From a virus: a stretch of DNA of 64,000 nucleotides. Every line of letters starts with the position of its first letter. The first letter of the stretch is position 1. The stretch spans positions 1 to 64,000 of the IMG/VR virus record IMGVR_UViG_3300046542_000271; one strand, 5' to 3'. The notes below the pieces were generated by a model. That model had not been told where the DNA came from, searched no databases, and saw only the letters and a program-made list of their open reading frames with translations. Shown here piece after piece: positions 9,531-18,375 of this stretch. Made by a program: the position numbers and the translations under genes.

Positions 9531-9677
9531 AAAGGTTATCCCATCAGCCTTTGGTCATTGGCTCCAGGTCAGAACTTCCCCTTCAGGGCCTGGAGCCTCT
9601 TAGCACTGCGTTAGACCACCAACGACGTCCTCCCCCACTCCTCGTCGTTGGTGGTCATTTTTATCTCTTTTATGCTG
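9530..9677. ncRNA. putative small RNA of three hairpins with C-rich loops
   Basis: Stems at 9530-9553, 9560-9597 and 9614-9656 (14-bp perfect stem), followed by a T-rich tract and TATGCTG. Confidence 0.5.
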
Positions 9678-9715
9678 CGTCCGTAAAATACTATGCACAC
9701 ACTCTGGAGATAACT

Positions 9716-10156
9716 ATGAATGTAAATACTACACTGACCGGCAAACAGAACATTGTCGCTCTACTGAATTCGTTGAATGGCACTACCCTGGTAGAGGCTA
9801 ACGTGACCCTGGGAACCGTGGAGGCGCTGGTTGAGCAACCTACAAACGCCCGCGTCCAGGTCGCCCCTGGCCCTACCCCAGTCTTCAGTGGTGAAGATTA
9901 CCTCTACTATAACCGTGTCTCCGCACCGGTACAGTTGGGGACTACCGAATCCATCCAAGTCACTGTCACCGCAGGCATGACGGATCAACAGATGTTCACA
10001 GCAGCGATGGCTGTGTTCCCTCTCCAGGCTTCTGAATGGCGTTTTGTAGCTGCGCAGAAACCGATCGGTAGTGATCGTCCTGGTCTACTGGTCATCAGCG
10101 CGCTAGACACCTCGCTGATCTTTCGCGGTGATTACAGCTTCAAGTTGGTCTTCTAA
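9716..10156 (+). CDS. tail fibre/adaptor family structural protein
   Basis: GGAGA SD; LLNSLNGT.L...YYNR motif shared with paralogs; TATG upstream. Confidence 0.75.
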   Translation: MNVNTTLTGKQNIVALLNSLNGTTLVEANVTLGTVEALVEQPTNARVQVAPGPTPVFSGEDYLYYNRVSAPVQLGTTESIQVTVTAGMTDQQMFTAAMAVFPLQASEWRFVAAQKPIGSDRPGLLVISALDTSLIFRGDYSFKLVF

Positions 10157-10219
10157 GTACCCCCTAGATGATAGTATGGAGTTTAGTCCGAACTCTGTAT
10201 CACATCTAGGAGATGCGAC

Positions 10220-10735
10220 ATGAAAATCAATTTGGCTAAAACGCCTCTGGAGAACTTGGTTCTTCAGATCGTTGAAGACAACAGCGGTCTGGTTCTGACC
10301 GCTGCCCAAGTAACTGCTGGCGCTCCATCGACTTTCGGTGGTGATCCACAGAACACCCAAGTGACCCTGACCGCCGTTGATGGTCAAGGTTACAGCGGTA
10401 CCAAGCTCGTCAAGTACGTGCGTCTGGGCCTGGACAGCGGTAAAGCTGTTCCAGTCACCACTCTGGAAGTGCTGGCCGCTGACGACCAGGCTGCTGTTGA
10501 GGCCAAGGTCGCCGTCGCTCTGGGTCTGATCGAAGACGAACTGACCTTCTCCGCGTACACCGCTGCGGTTGACGATGCCACCCCTGGCACCATCACTATT
10601 GCAGCGAACGCTGGTAGCCTGCTGTACGTCGGCGCTGCCAAAACCATCGCTATCACCGTTCCAGCAGTAGCTGACCCAGATCTCGAAGATGAAATCGTCA
10701 TCGACGAACTGAGCGGCTTCGACCCAGAAGCCTAA
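10220..10735 (+). CDS. virion structural protein, tandem paralog 1
   Basis: AGGAG SD, highly biased codons, ends DLEDEIVIDELSGFDPEA. Confidence 0.8.
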   Translation: MKINLAKTPLENLVLQIVEDNSGLVLTAAQVTAGAPSTFGGDPQNTQVTLTAVDGQGYSGTKLVKYVRLGLDSGKAVPVTTLEVLAADDQAAVEAKVAVALGLIEDELTFSAYTAAVDDATPGTITIAANAGSLLYVGAAKTIAITVPAVADPDLEDEIVIDELSGFDPEA

Positions 10736-10778
10736 CAAGTAGGCCGCCAGGGACGGCGGCCCTCCTAGGGGTAAGTGG

Positions 10779-11222
10779 ATGAAGATCGACATCACCAAAA
10801 CGGCCTTGGAGAACATCGTTCTCCAGGTCATTGAGGACAATCCAGGACTCACTCTGAGTGCCTCCCAAGTTACTGCCAGCGACTTGGCCGTATTCGGCGG
10901 CGTTCAGAACACGCAGGTAACCTTGACGGCTATTCCAGGACAGGGCTTCAGTGGTACTGATGTGGTCTATTACGACCGCATGGGGATCAACGATGGCATT
11001 GGCCCAGACGTGACCAGTGTGGAAGTACTCCTCACCGACGACCAGACTGCTGTGGAGGTCAAAGTCGCTGCTGCCATGGGTCTTCGATTCGATGAGTTGG
11101 CGTTCAGTGACTACACCCCAGCCGTCAATGCGAGCACCCCAGGCGTCATCGGCGTGTCTCCAAAGCCCACCAGCATGCTGTACATGGGCGGCGGTGTCTA
11201 TATCACCATCACCGTGGCATAG
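10779..11222 (+). CDS. virion structural protein, tandem paralog 2 (lacks the C-terminal peptide)
   Basis: N-terminus nearly identical to paralog 3; remnant GFYPEA* lies out of frame at 11224-11244. Confidence 0.75.
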   Translation: MKIDITKTALENIVLQVIEDNPGLTLSASQVTASDLAVFGGVQNTQVTLTAIPGQGFSGTDVVYYDRMGINDGIGPDVTSVEVLLTDDQTAVEVKVAAAMGLRFDELAFSDYTPAVNASTPGVIGVSPKPTSMLYMGGGVYITITVA

Positions 11223-11289
11223 AGGCTTCTATCCTGAAGCTTAATGTCTAAACCGCCAGGGATCGGTGACACTCCTGCGGGTAAGCAAC

Positions 11290-11793
11290 ATGAAGATTGA
11301 TATCACCAAAACGGCCTTGGAGAACATCGTTCTCCAGGTTGTTGAAGACAACCCTGGTCTGATCCTGACCGCTGACCAAGTTACTCTTGGCGCAGTGAGC
11401 AACTTCTTTGGCGATCCTCAGAACACTCAGGTGACCTTGACTGCTATCGAAGGTCAAGGTTTCAGTGGTTCCAAGGTGGTCAAGTACAAGCGTCTCGGCG
11501 TTCTTAGCGGGAAGGCTGTACCTGTTACCAGCATCACCATCTCTGCAAGTGATGGGTTTGCCGAGGCTCAGATCGCGGCGGCTGAAGCGATGGGTCTGCG
11601 TTGGGAAGAGCTCCTGTTCCATGATTGGTCTCCACCAGTCAATGTGAACGTTTCAGGCATCATGGGTGTCTCTCCTAAAGCTGGCGGTTACTTCTACGTC
11701 GGTGCGGGTGAGATGATCCAAGTCAACATGTCGTCGGATCTCGAAACCCAGATCGCGACTGACGAGTTGAGTGGCTTCGATCCTGAAGTCTAA
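11290..11793 (+). CDS. virion structural protein, tandem paralog 3
   Basis: MKIDITKTALENIVLQV start; ends DLETQIATDELSGFDPEV. Confidence 0.8.
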   Translation: MKIDITKTALENIVLQVVEDNPGLILTADQVTLGAVSNFFGDPQNTQVTLTAIEGQGFSGSKVVKYKRLGVLSGKAVPVTSITISASDGFAEAQIAAAEAMGLRWEELLFHDWSPPVNVNVSGIMGVSPKAGGYFYVGAGEMIQVNMSSDLETQIATDELSGFDPEV

Positions 11794-11805
11794 TCTACGC
11801 CAACA

Positions 11806-11852
11806 GGCATAGGTGCACCACTGTGGGGAAACCCACAGTGGTGTTTATGCTG
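11806..11852. terminator. bidirectional terminator
   Basis: GCATA...CACCACTGTGGG-GAAA-CCCACAGTGGTG...TATGCTG between convergent genes. Confidence 0.8.
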
Positions 11853-12908
11853 TTAACGTGGACGAGCAACAACTTCTACCTTAATGTCTTCAATGACACG
11901 TTTTGGAGAAGCTGGTGTGGCAAAGCCCTTAATAAGCGACTGTACCGACGTTAGCATGTTGACGTTTGGAAGGTCCAGGAAACTCGAGGTAGCCGTCTTG
12001 GTGGAAAGTTTAGTCTCCACGTTCGCAGGGTTACCGCCTGGATGAGACCGACCTAGGTCTGACACGATCCCGTAGATAGGACCACTGTTGAGTTTGGATT
12101 GCACGGCTTTAGGGAGGTAAGTCTCTTTAACCCCATCGCCCTTGATCGTAGTCCCCAGTACCGTGGAGCTCAGCTCGGTAGTCGTCACATCCACACCTTC
12201 CGCGATGGTGATACCAGCATCGGCGTTAGCCTGACGATCCATCGCCAACTCACGGATGTTGACAGAACCCAAACGAGAGCTAGGCGCTATCCCGTCATCG
12301 TACACCACGTAGATGTCGGTGATGTGCGCTAAAGCACCGGTTTGTGTGGCACCTGGTTTAGCTACCATGCACGCCATGTTGATCTTCCAGTACGACAGCG
12401 GAACATCCGTGAGCGTGGACACTACAACTCCATCGATGTACAACGAAGCGGCTCCAGTCACTACGTCGTGTACGATCTCGAAGTAGAGGTCTGGACGGTC
12501 GTTATAAACCACCATGCTAGGCAGGCTAAACTGCTTACCTGTCGGTGGAGCGCTGGCGATGTGATGCGTCCCCGAGACCCATGGCCTGAGGGCTGTGGTC
12601 ATCCGCCAGCCAATGATGAGCTTCTTGGCATTACCGATCGGCGGTAGCGTTGGAACACCGCGCTGTGCCTCCACCGGTGGAACTAGCTCGTTACCAGGTT
12701 GGACTTTCAGGTAAAACGCGCTGGCCTCAGAGGTGGTGTAAGTCGCTGTTGGTGACATGATCCAACGACGACTGTTCAACTCAGCGATGGCCAGCACGTT
12801 ACTGGTTGAGTAAGCGCCGATGTCAGACGCCTTCCCGACCAGTCCCAGGCCGTTCGTAATCGGTCCCAGCTTTATCCGGTCAAAGCCTTCTGCGTAGACT
12901 AGTGACAT
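11853..12908 (-). CDS. LamG/lectin-like putative receptor-binding tail protein
   Basis: YAEGFD start, YFEIVHD...SLYIDG, ITDIYV...RLG motifs shared with eight paralogs. Confidence 0.6.
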   Translation of the reverse strand: MSLVYAEGFDRIKLGPITNGLGLVGKASDIGAYSTSNVLAIAELNSRRWIMSPTATYTTSEASAFYLKVQPGNELVPPVEAQRGVPTLPPIGNAKKLIIGWRMTTALRPWVSGTHHIASAPPTGKQFSLPSMVVYNDRPDLYFEIVHDVVTGAASLYIDGVVVSTLTDVPLSYWKINMACMVAKPGATQTGALAHITDIYVVYDDGIAPSSRLGSVNIRELAMDRQANADAGITIAEGVDVTTTELSSTVLGTTIKGDGVKETYLPKAVQSKLNSGPIYGIVSDLGRSHPGGNPANVETKLSTKTATSSFLDLPNVNMLTSVQSLIKGFATPASPKRVIEDIKVEVVARPR

Positions 12909-12910
12909 GA

Positions 12911-13783
12911 TCAGTTACTCCCTACTGCGTCGAAACCATTTAAGGTATCGGTAACGATTTCATCGTCCAGTACGAGAGGTACAACTATCTCGAAGCCATT
13001 CAATGTATCGTTAGCGATAGCCATGTGGAGCTTCGGCGTATTGTCGAAGTCCGTGGTCTCAAGCACTGGCAAGAGTACATCGATCTTGATAACCGCTGAG
13101 CTGTCGTAGTACCCATCCGGAGAGAACAAGTAACTGTCCGGGTGTGGATAGATCTTCACCGTACCGTCTGGATTAACTACCGACTTGACGTTGTCGATGT
13201 CTTCTGCCAGCAGGCTATAGCCGAGACCCTGGACGTAAGCCAAGAACGCAGCAACGTTGACAAAGCCACCGTCAGGCAGGAGTAGGTTGTCCAGTACGTT
13301 AATCGAGTAACGGTTGTACGTTACATCGATACTTCCACGATACGGGTTGAGCTCCTTCGCCGTGACCGTGACCTTTGACAGTCGTCCAGCCACCTGAGTA
13401 GGTCGAGTGAACGTCAGACGGGTCAGGTCAACCGCTATCTTCATAGCGCTCTTAAAGAGCGTCGAGAACATGGTCCAGCCAGTGACGCCCTTGTTGATTG
13501 CGAGCTCTCCAGCGGCTTGCTGGATCACTTGCGTACGGACAGCACTCAGTTGGGTGGTCGGGACCGTTTTACTCGCCACACGGGCACTCACGGTCTCCAG
13601 GCTACTCTTTACATCCGCACGCTCCGGCAGGATCACGTAGGCGTTGTCAATCATGACCTGGGTGGTGTAATCGGCACTGGCTACACGGGCACTGATTGTT
13701 TCGACGGTCGATTTACCGTCGGCCCGTTCAGGTAAGATGACGTAGGCATTGTCTAACAATACCGTTGAAGTTTCATCAGCCAT
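12911..13783 (-). CDS. tail adaptor protein with N-terminal strand repeats
   Basis: Duplicated DNAYVILPERAD.KS..ET.SARVAS, then the family domain (YRGSIDVTYNR), then C-terminal DTLNGF peptides. Confidence 0.65.
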   Translation of the reverse strand: MADETSTVLLDNAYVILPERADGKSTVETISARVASADYTTQVMIDNAYVILPERADVKSSLETVSARVASKTVPTTQLSAVRTQVIQQAAGELAINKGVTGWTMFSTLFKSAMKIAVDLTRLTFTRPTQVAGRLSKVTVTAKELNPYRGSIDVTYNRYSINVLDNLLLPDGGFVNVAAFLAYVQGLGYSLLAEDIDNVKSVVNPDGTVKIYPHPDSYLFSPDGYYDSSAVIKIDVLLPVLETTDFDNTPKLHMAIANDTLNGFEIVVPLVLDDEIVTDTLNGFDAVGSN

Positions 13784-13796
13784 AACGACTCCCCAA

Positions 13797-14702
13797 TTAT
13801 TGCTCTTTGGCTGTAAAGGTCATAGAGATATCGTCAAGGAGTGTTTGAGGAGTTTTAAGGTCCGCGTGACTACCGGTGAACGTCAATCCTACGGTGCCGA
13901 GCGTAGACGCCCTGACTGCATCCAGGTGTTGAGACTCGATATTACCAGCGGTTCGGTCGAACGAAACGTCCAACGCCGCCGGATACCCGGAGATGTGGGT
14001 GCGCTTCAATCCGATCTGCAACCCAACCAGTTGCTGTGCCAATGCAGCTGCTGGAAGCGACTTCAGTTTCAGTTTGAACGCGGCGTCGACGTCGTTGGAA
14101 TTGACACTAACCTGGTTACCGCGATCGCCAGCGATAACACCAGCCAGGTTAGCTACCGCCCAATCGGTGTTGGTGACGAGTTCAAGTTCGGCGTCACTGA
14201 CATTGACAGGACCCAGCGCGTCAGCAGCCAAACCTTCCAACACATACACGTCAGTGATGTAACAGAACAAAGCACCGGTTGACTGCATGGTGACGTAGTG
14301 GTTTCCGCTGGAGCCTGTATAACCAGACGCCGCTATCCAAGGCCCAGCGTCGACACGGTACGTAGGAGAGATACCGTACCCACCAGCCATTTCGAAATAG
14401 AACTCTCGATCAATCACACACGGAATCGTTTGACCGCAAACGTTCGCCGGAGCGAACTTTGGTAGGACGCGGAACCCGATGACTTGAGCGTCGCCAGCGA
14501 CGGCTGCAAACGGCTTCTTAACGGTCAGTGAGACGCCACCACTCTGCTTCGCCGCAAGCCATCGTTTACCATTCAGCGATATAAAGTCTACGTTGTTAGT
14601 AAACTGCGTCTGGGTTTGCACTGCGTTGAATAGAGAGGACATTAATCCTGCCTGATCGGTTACCTTCGAGTAGTTCTCGAGTACCAGTAGTTTAACAGTC
14701 AT
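13797..14702 (-). CDS. LamG/lectin-like putative receptor-binding tail protein
   Basis: VIGFR, FYFEM, YITDVYV...LG motifs. Confidence 0.6.
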   Translation of the reverse strand: MTVKLLVLENYSKVTDQAGLMSSLFNAVQTQTQFTNNVDFISLNGKRWLAAKQSGGVSLTVKKPFAAVAGDAQVIGFRVLPKFAPANVCGQTIPCVIDREFYFEMAGGYGISPTYRVDAGPWIAASGYTGSSGNHYVTMQSTGALFCYITDVYVLEGLAADALGPVNVSDAELELVTNTDWAVANLAGVIAGDRGNQVSVNSNDVDAAFKLKLKSLPAAALAQQLVGLQIGLKRTHISGYPAALDVSFDRTAGNIESQHLDAVRASTLGTVGLTFTGSHADLKTPQTLLDDISMTFTAKEQ

Positions 14703-14705
14703 GAC

Positions 14706-15836
14706 TTACGCCCCTCCAACGAACTGTGTGAATTTGACCCGGACGTCTTTCAACTTAGCGCCATCAGGATCTATGGTGGTCGGACTGAGATTGACAGTAC
14801 CCACAACAGCGCCAGGAGTCGGTGTGTTGGCAACAGACGACAACACAGAACTGTCCACCAACGATTTGACTTCAACGGCGGAGTCGACGCCACTAACCCG
14901 ACCATAGCGGAAGACAGGGATAGGGGTTCCTCGCAGACGAGTCGCTACGTGATCGAGCGTCAAGTCTACCTGACCGCCCAGACCAGTCATCCGGGTAGGC
15001 AACGTATTGGTTACCACTCCGTCATGACGCGCATTGATAGCGCCGTTGGCCAAGTTATTGCTAATGTCTGTCAAGTCATTAGGGTAACCGGAGATAGCCT
15101 TGGCGCGATAGGCTTTCGTTTTTATATTCAATGACCGAGCTGACTTAAACGTCGGGTTCAGGAACTGAGAAGCCACGTAGACATCTCTGAACTTGAGTTT
15201 CGAGCCGGCCTGTATGCGGATGACTGGGGGATAGGTTACCGTGTAGTCGATAGTGTAATCAGAGCGGGTGAACAGACTATCCCACACCCGGATTCCGTCA
15301 ATCCAAATTTCGTAACAGATTGATGACAGTCCAGGCCGCGCTGCTTGGGCTGGGGTGACGTGGTATTGTCTTACTTCGACGTAATATTCACCAATGCTGG
15401 TGATATACGACTGCAACCAATTGGTGTGAACGCCAGGAATGCCGTAGTAGGCGGTAGAACCGTTGGCGCTACGCACCATACCTAGGATCGACAAATCGAT
15501 ACCCACCAGGTCGCTAAGGTTATCAACCTTTAGCCTGAAACCGAAGGCGGAGTAATTAGTGGTTTGTGCGTCGGCGCTAGAATTTACACCGAAGCCGCTC
15601 GTCGGACCATGGGTACTGATACACAGTCTCGCCGCTCCAGACAATTCGAACCATCTACGACCATCAGTACCTTCCGTCACCGTCGTCTTCAGACTTGCAA
15701 GCGCCGTGCCTGGACGAGTGAGTGTAAAGCCAGGTACGCCGTTGCTGTAAGTGTCGCTATCGAGCTCAGCGAGATAGGGACTCTGAGCCATCAAGCCGAC
15801 TGGGTGCGAGTCAGGCGTTATGTATCGAACTACCAT
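14706..15836 (-). CDS. LamG/lectin-like putative receptor-binding tail protein
   Basis: FGFR, YYVEV, EIWIDG, FRDVYV motifs; ATCCTATG promoter upstream. Confidence 0.6.
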   Translation of the reverse strand: MVVRYITPDSHPVGLMAQSPYLAELDSDTYSNGVPGFTLTRPGTALASLKTTVTEGTDGRRWFELSGAARLCISTHGPTSGFGVNSSADAQTTNYSAFGFRLKVDNLSDLVGIDLSILGMVRSANGSTAYYGIPGVHTNWLQSYITSIGEYYVEVRQYHVTPAQAARPGLSSICYEIWIDGIRVWDSLFTRSDYTIDYTVTYPPVIRIQAGSKLKFRDVYVASQFLNPTFKSARSLNIKTKAYRAKAISGYPNDLTDISNNLANGAINARHDGVVTNTLPTRMTGLGGQVDLTLDHVATRLRGTPIPVFRYGRVSGVDSAVEVKSLVDSSVLSSVANTPTPGAVVGTVNLSPTTIDPDGAKLKDVRVKFTQFVGGA

Positions 15837-15861
15837 ATTACATACTCCGTAAGGTTACTGT

Positions 15862-15869
15862 CATAGGAT
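15862..15869 (-). promoter_or_regulatory. putative late promoter (ATCCTATG)
   Basis: Identical ATCCTATG also upstream of structural genes at 34470 and 35522; phiKZ late promoters carry TATG at the start site. Confidence 0.55.
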
Positions 15870-15880
15870 TTCTAATAACC

Positions 15881-15914
15881 TACAGTGGGAGGTTGATGCC
15901 TCCCACTGTATGCT
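15881..15914 (-). terminator. terminator hairpin with GCATA leader
   Basis: On the minus strand: TAG-AGCA-TACAGTGGGAGG-CATCAA-CCTCCCACTGTA. Confidence 0.7.
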
Positions 15915-16409
15915 CTAGATAGAACCTAAGTAGTTTGTGAACATCGTGGTCTGCAAGTGCGGCTTACGCAGCACTGGGAGGTCGTAGCTACCCTTAAACC
16001 ACTTAGACCCTACCTTGGCTACCAATGGGATCGTAAACTCCGTGACGGAGCCTGTGACGACCACCGGACCATCTACCAAGTCATCCTCAGTAAAGGGAAT
16101 GCCTGTGTTACGGCGAATGGTCGGGAGGAGACCGTAGACGGTACTGTCTTCGCTGGAGTATCGTTTAGCCAACCCCAGACCAGCAAGGCCAGCCAGATCC
16201 AATTGGAAGTAGCGGACCACCGTAGTGGAAGTACCACCACCCGCTTTCGGGATCGTGATGTTCAGCACGGCATCACGGTCTGATGCCCCGCCTACGTTAG
16301 GCGTGGATGTTGGCGCAACGACGCAGTCAGCCTGGACTAACGTCTGTCCCAACAACGTACCCAATTTATCGATGAACGTACCATCGACGAAGAAGTTCTG
16401 CTTAGACAT
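15915..16409 (-). CDS. short tail adaptor family protein
   Basis: Resembles the second domain of the 20301 and 22422 proteins (FFVDGTF, YFQLDL, AKVGSKWFKG). Confidence 0.65.
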   Translation of the reverse strand: MSKQNFFVDGTFIDKLGTLLGQTLVQADCVVAPTSTPNVGGASDRDAVLNITIPKAGGGTSTTVVRYFQLDLAGLAGLGLAKRYSSEDSTVYGLLPTIRRNTGIPFTEDDLVDGPVVVTGSVTEFTIPLVAKVGSKWFKGSYDLPVLRKPHLQTTMFTNYLGSI

Positions 16410-16420
16410 CAGGTACCTCC

Positions 16421-17335
16421 TTAGGCGCGATCAACCGCTTTCACGCCGACGGTCAGGACGGTCGCACCAGGCGTCGGAGCGAGCTGTCCTACGCAGACGC
16501 CATGACCTTTACTCGGGTTGAGCTGAGCAAGGATGTTATCCATACTCGTCGAACGCACCGTGCTTGTCTTGGTACCATCAGTGATAGTGGCAACCAGATC
16601 AGCCAGGTTGTCGGTACTGAGCATGGTCGATTGCGCTACCACGGCCAACGTACCGGCTGGGATGGCGTATGTGTTGTCAAGCTTAGTGGCGCCGACAGAC
16701 TTCAATGTTCCGTCACAGACAATTACCTCGTTACCAATGCCATTAGAGACGACTGGCAGGGTTGTGGACTTCCACCGGCGAAGGCGTGGTTCTTCATTAC
16801 CCTCGAACCGGCCGACGTAAATGTCTTTGTGGGTGAAGGCCTGGTTCGAGGACGCTCCCATGCCGATGCGAATAACCTTCGGACTGAGGCCTCCGACGGC
16901 TGCGGTCTTCACCAGGATGCCGTTGGAATAGAAACGCCCCTCTCCGGTGATTGGATTGTACGCCAGTTCGAGATACGCCGGCTGTCCGTTCGTCACACCG
17001 AAGACTTCAAACGGCCTTAATGCGACAGTGCCGATGTAGAACTCGTTCGAGGTCGAGGTGGCGCCGGCCGCGACATCTGGCGATACTAGGGTCCCGACCG
17101 TAACCCAATGCGAATCCCCTCGGGCCGGATCGATGGCGTCTGTGATATCGACGAAAATGTTGTCGTATGAGCCAGCGCGTTTTCGCAATCCACTGGAGTC
17201 CGCCGCGAGACCGTTCGCGGTGCCTGCTGTATAACGGAGTACGGTACCTTTGACAGTGAGGTAAGTACTGCCCACAACGTACGCCTCTGACATTTGTGCG
17301 AGGCGTTCTAACGAATAAGCGTGAAGAAGTTCCAA
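16421..17335 (-). CDS. LamG/lectin-like putative receptor-binding tail protein
   Basis: MELLHAY start, YLELAYNP.TGE..FYSNG, KDIYVG...RL motifs. Confidence 0.6.
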   Translation of the reverse strand: MELLHAYSLERLAQMSEAYVVGSTYLTVKGTVLRYTAGTANGLAADSSGLRKRAGSYDNIFVDITDAIDPARGDSHWVTVGTLVSPDVAAGATSTSNEFYIGTVALRPFEVFGVTNGQPAYLELAYNPITGEGRFYSNGILVKTAAVGGLSPKVIRIGMGASSNQAFTHKDIYVGRFEGNEEPRLRRWKSTTLPVVSNGIGNEVIVCDGTLKSVGATKLDNTYAIPAGTLAVVAQSTMLSTDNLADLVATITDGTKTSTVRSTSMDNILAQLNPSKGHGVCVGQLAPTPGATVLTVGVKAVDRA

Positions 17336-17343
17336 GATACACC

Positions 17344-18372
17344 TCAGACGTTGTAGTGGAGGATCAGGTAGCGGAATTTGAATCCTGTCCCTGTCGACAG
17401 GTCAATAACCAGTGCCCGGTTGTAGTAGCCGGAATTGTCCACCGGTACATCGGTCACCGCAGGCAGGGTCAGGATCTGACTGCCCGCCTGACGAAGACCT
17501 CGGGCATTGTTGTAAACGTAGTCCGTGGTGCAGTCGTGGGTTATCCCGGCGGTGTTCAGAGCGTTGATCACGGTGGTCGCGTACGCTGCCGCACCCAGTG
17601 AGGTGCCAGTCAAAGTGCCCAACGTTGCAGCACTGGCACTGAAGTCTGTCGCATGAACCTTGAACGCCAGCGCATCCACTTCAGTCCAATCAAGACCAAC
17701 GATCTCTGTAGCCCGTTCGTTAAGATCGAGACGTCCGAGATTGAGCTGTCCGCCTGGTTGGAAGTAGAACGATGTCGGACTGACTTTCAGAATACGATCA
17801 GTGCCAGTTGGCGTCGGTTCTTCGATGAAGTCGAGGGACGACAACTTAGTACCGAACACACTGTTCATCCGTGCCACGATTTGAGCCGTGGTGTTGAGCG
17901 GATCGGAGATACTGGCGACCAACCCCGCTGGATCGACCACCGACAGCAATGTCGAGACGTCTACCCGTCGGTACTGCACATCGCTGTAGCGGCGATAGCC
18001 AGACGTCTTCAGGGCGTTGAGTCGTAGGTTGACGAGGGCAGGGTTACCGCTGACCACAGCACCTAGGGTCAGGTCGTAGTTCGCTGGGAGGAGTGTGAGA
18101 CCCAGCCCATCACCCAGTGACTTCAGTACCTCGTCCTTATACCCGACTTTGAAACGTGTACTGGGCGCGGTACGACGAATACCGCCAGCGTGCGGAACAT
18201 CAACGACGATGGTGCCAGGAAGCTTGGCAATACCGCGAGCGTACAGGTAATCGATACCCACTACAGGGGCGGGTACAGACAATGCCGTAACGTTGAGTTC
18301 GTCGACCTTCACCTCTGGAGGGATCGACTGGATAGCGGTTACGAGCAGCTCGTCAATCTTTACTTCGGCCAT
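17344..18372 (-). CDS. tail adaptor protein with N-terminal strand repeats
   Basis: EVKIDELLVTA / EVKVDELNVTA repeats, YRRVDV domain, C-terminal DFS...LILHYNV domain. Confidence 0.65.
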   Translation of the reverse strand: MAEVKIDELLVTAIQSIPPEVKVDELNVTALSVPAPVVGIDYLYARGIAKLPGTIVVDVPHAGGIRRTAPSTRFKVGYKDEVLKSLGDGLGLTLLPANYDLTLGAVVSGNPALVNLRLNALKTSGYRRYSDVQYRRVDVSTLLSVVDPAGLVASISDPLNTTAQIVARMNSVFGTKLSSLDFIEEPTPTGTDRILKVSPTSFYFQPGGQLNLGRLDLNERATEIVGLDWTEVDALAFKVHATDFSASAATLGTLTGTSLGAAAYATTVINALNTAGITHDCTTDYVYNNARGLRQAGSQILTLPAVTDVPVDNSGYYNRALVIDLSTGTGFKFRYLILHYNV

Positions 18373-18375
18373 GGG

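Noticed and set aside
9551-9715. N-terminal extension of the 9551-10156 ORF
   Set aside because: Crosses hairpins and a T tract; SD and TATG support a start at 9716
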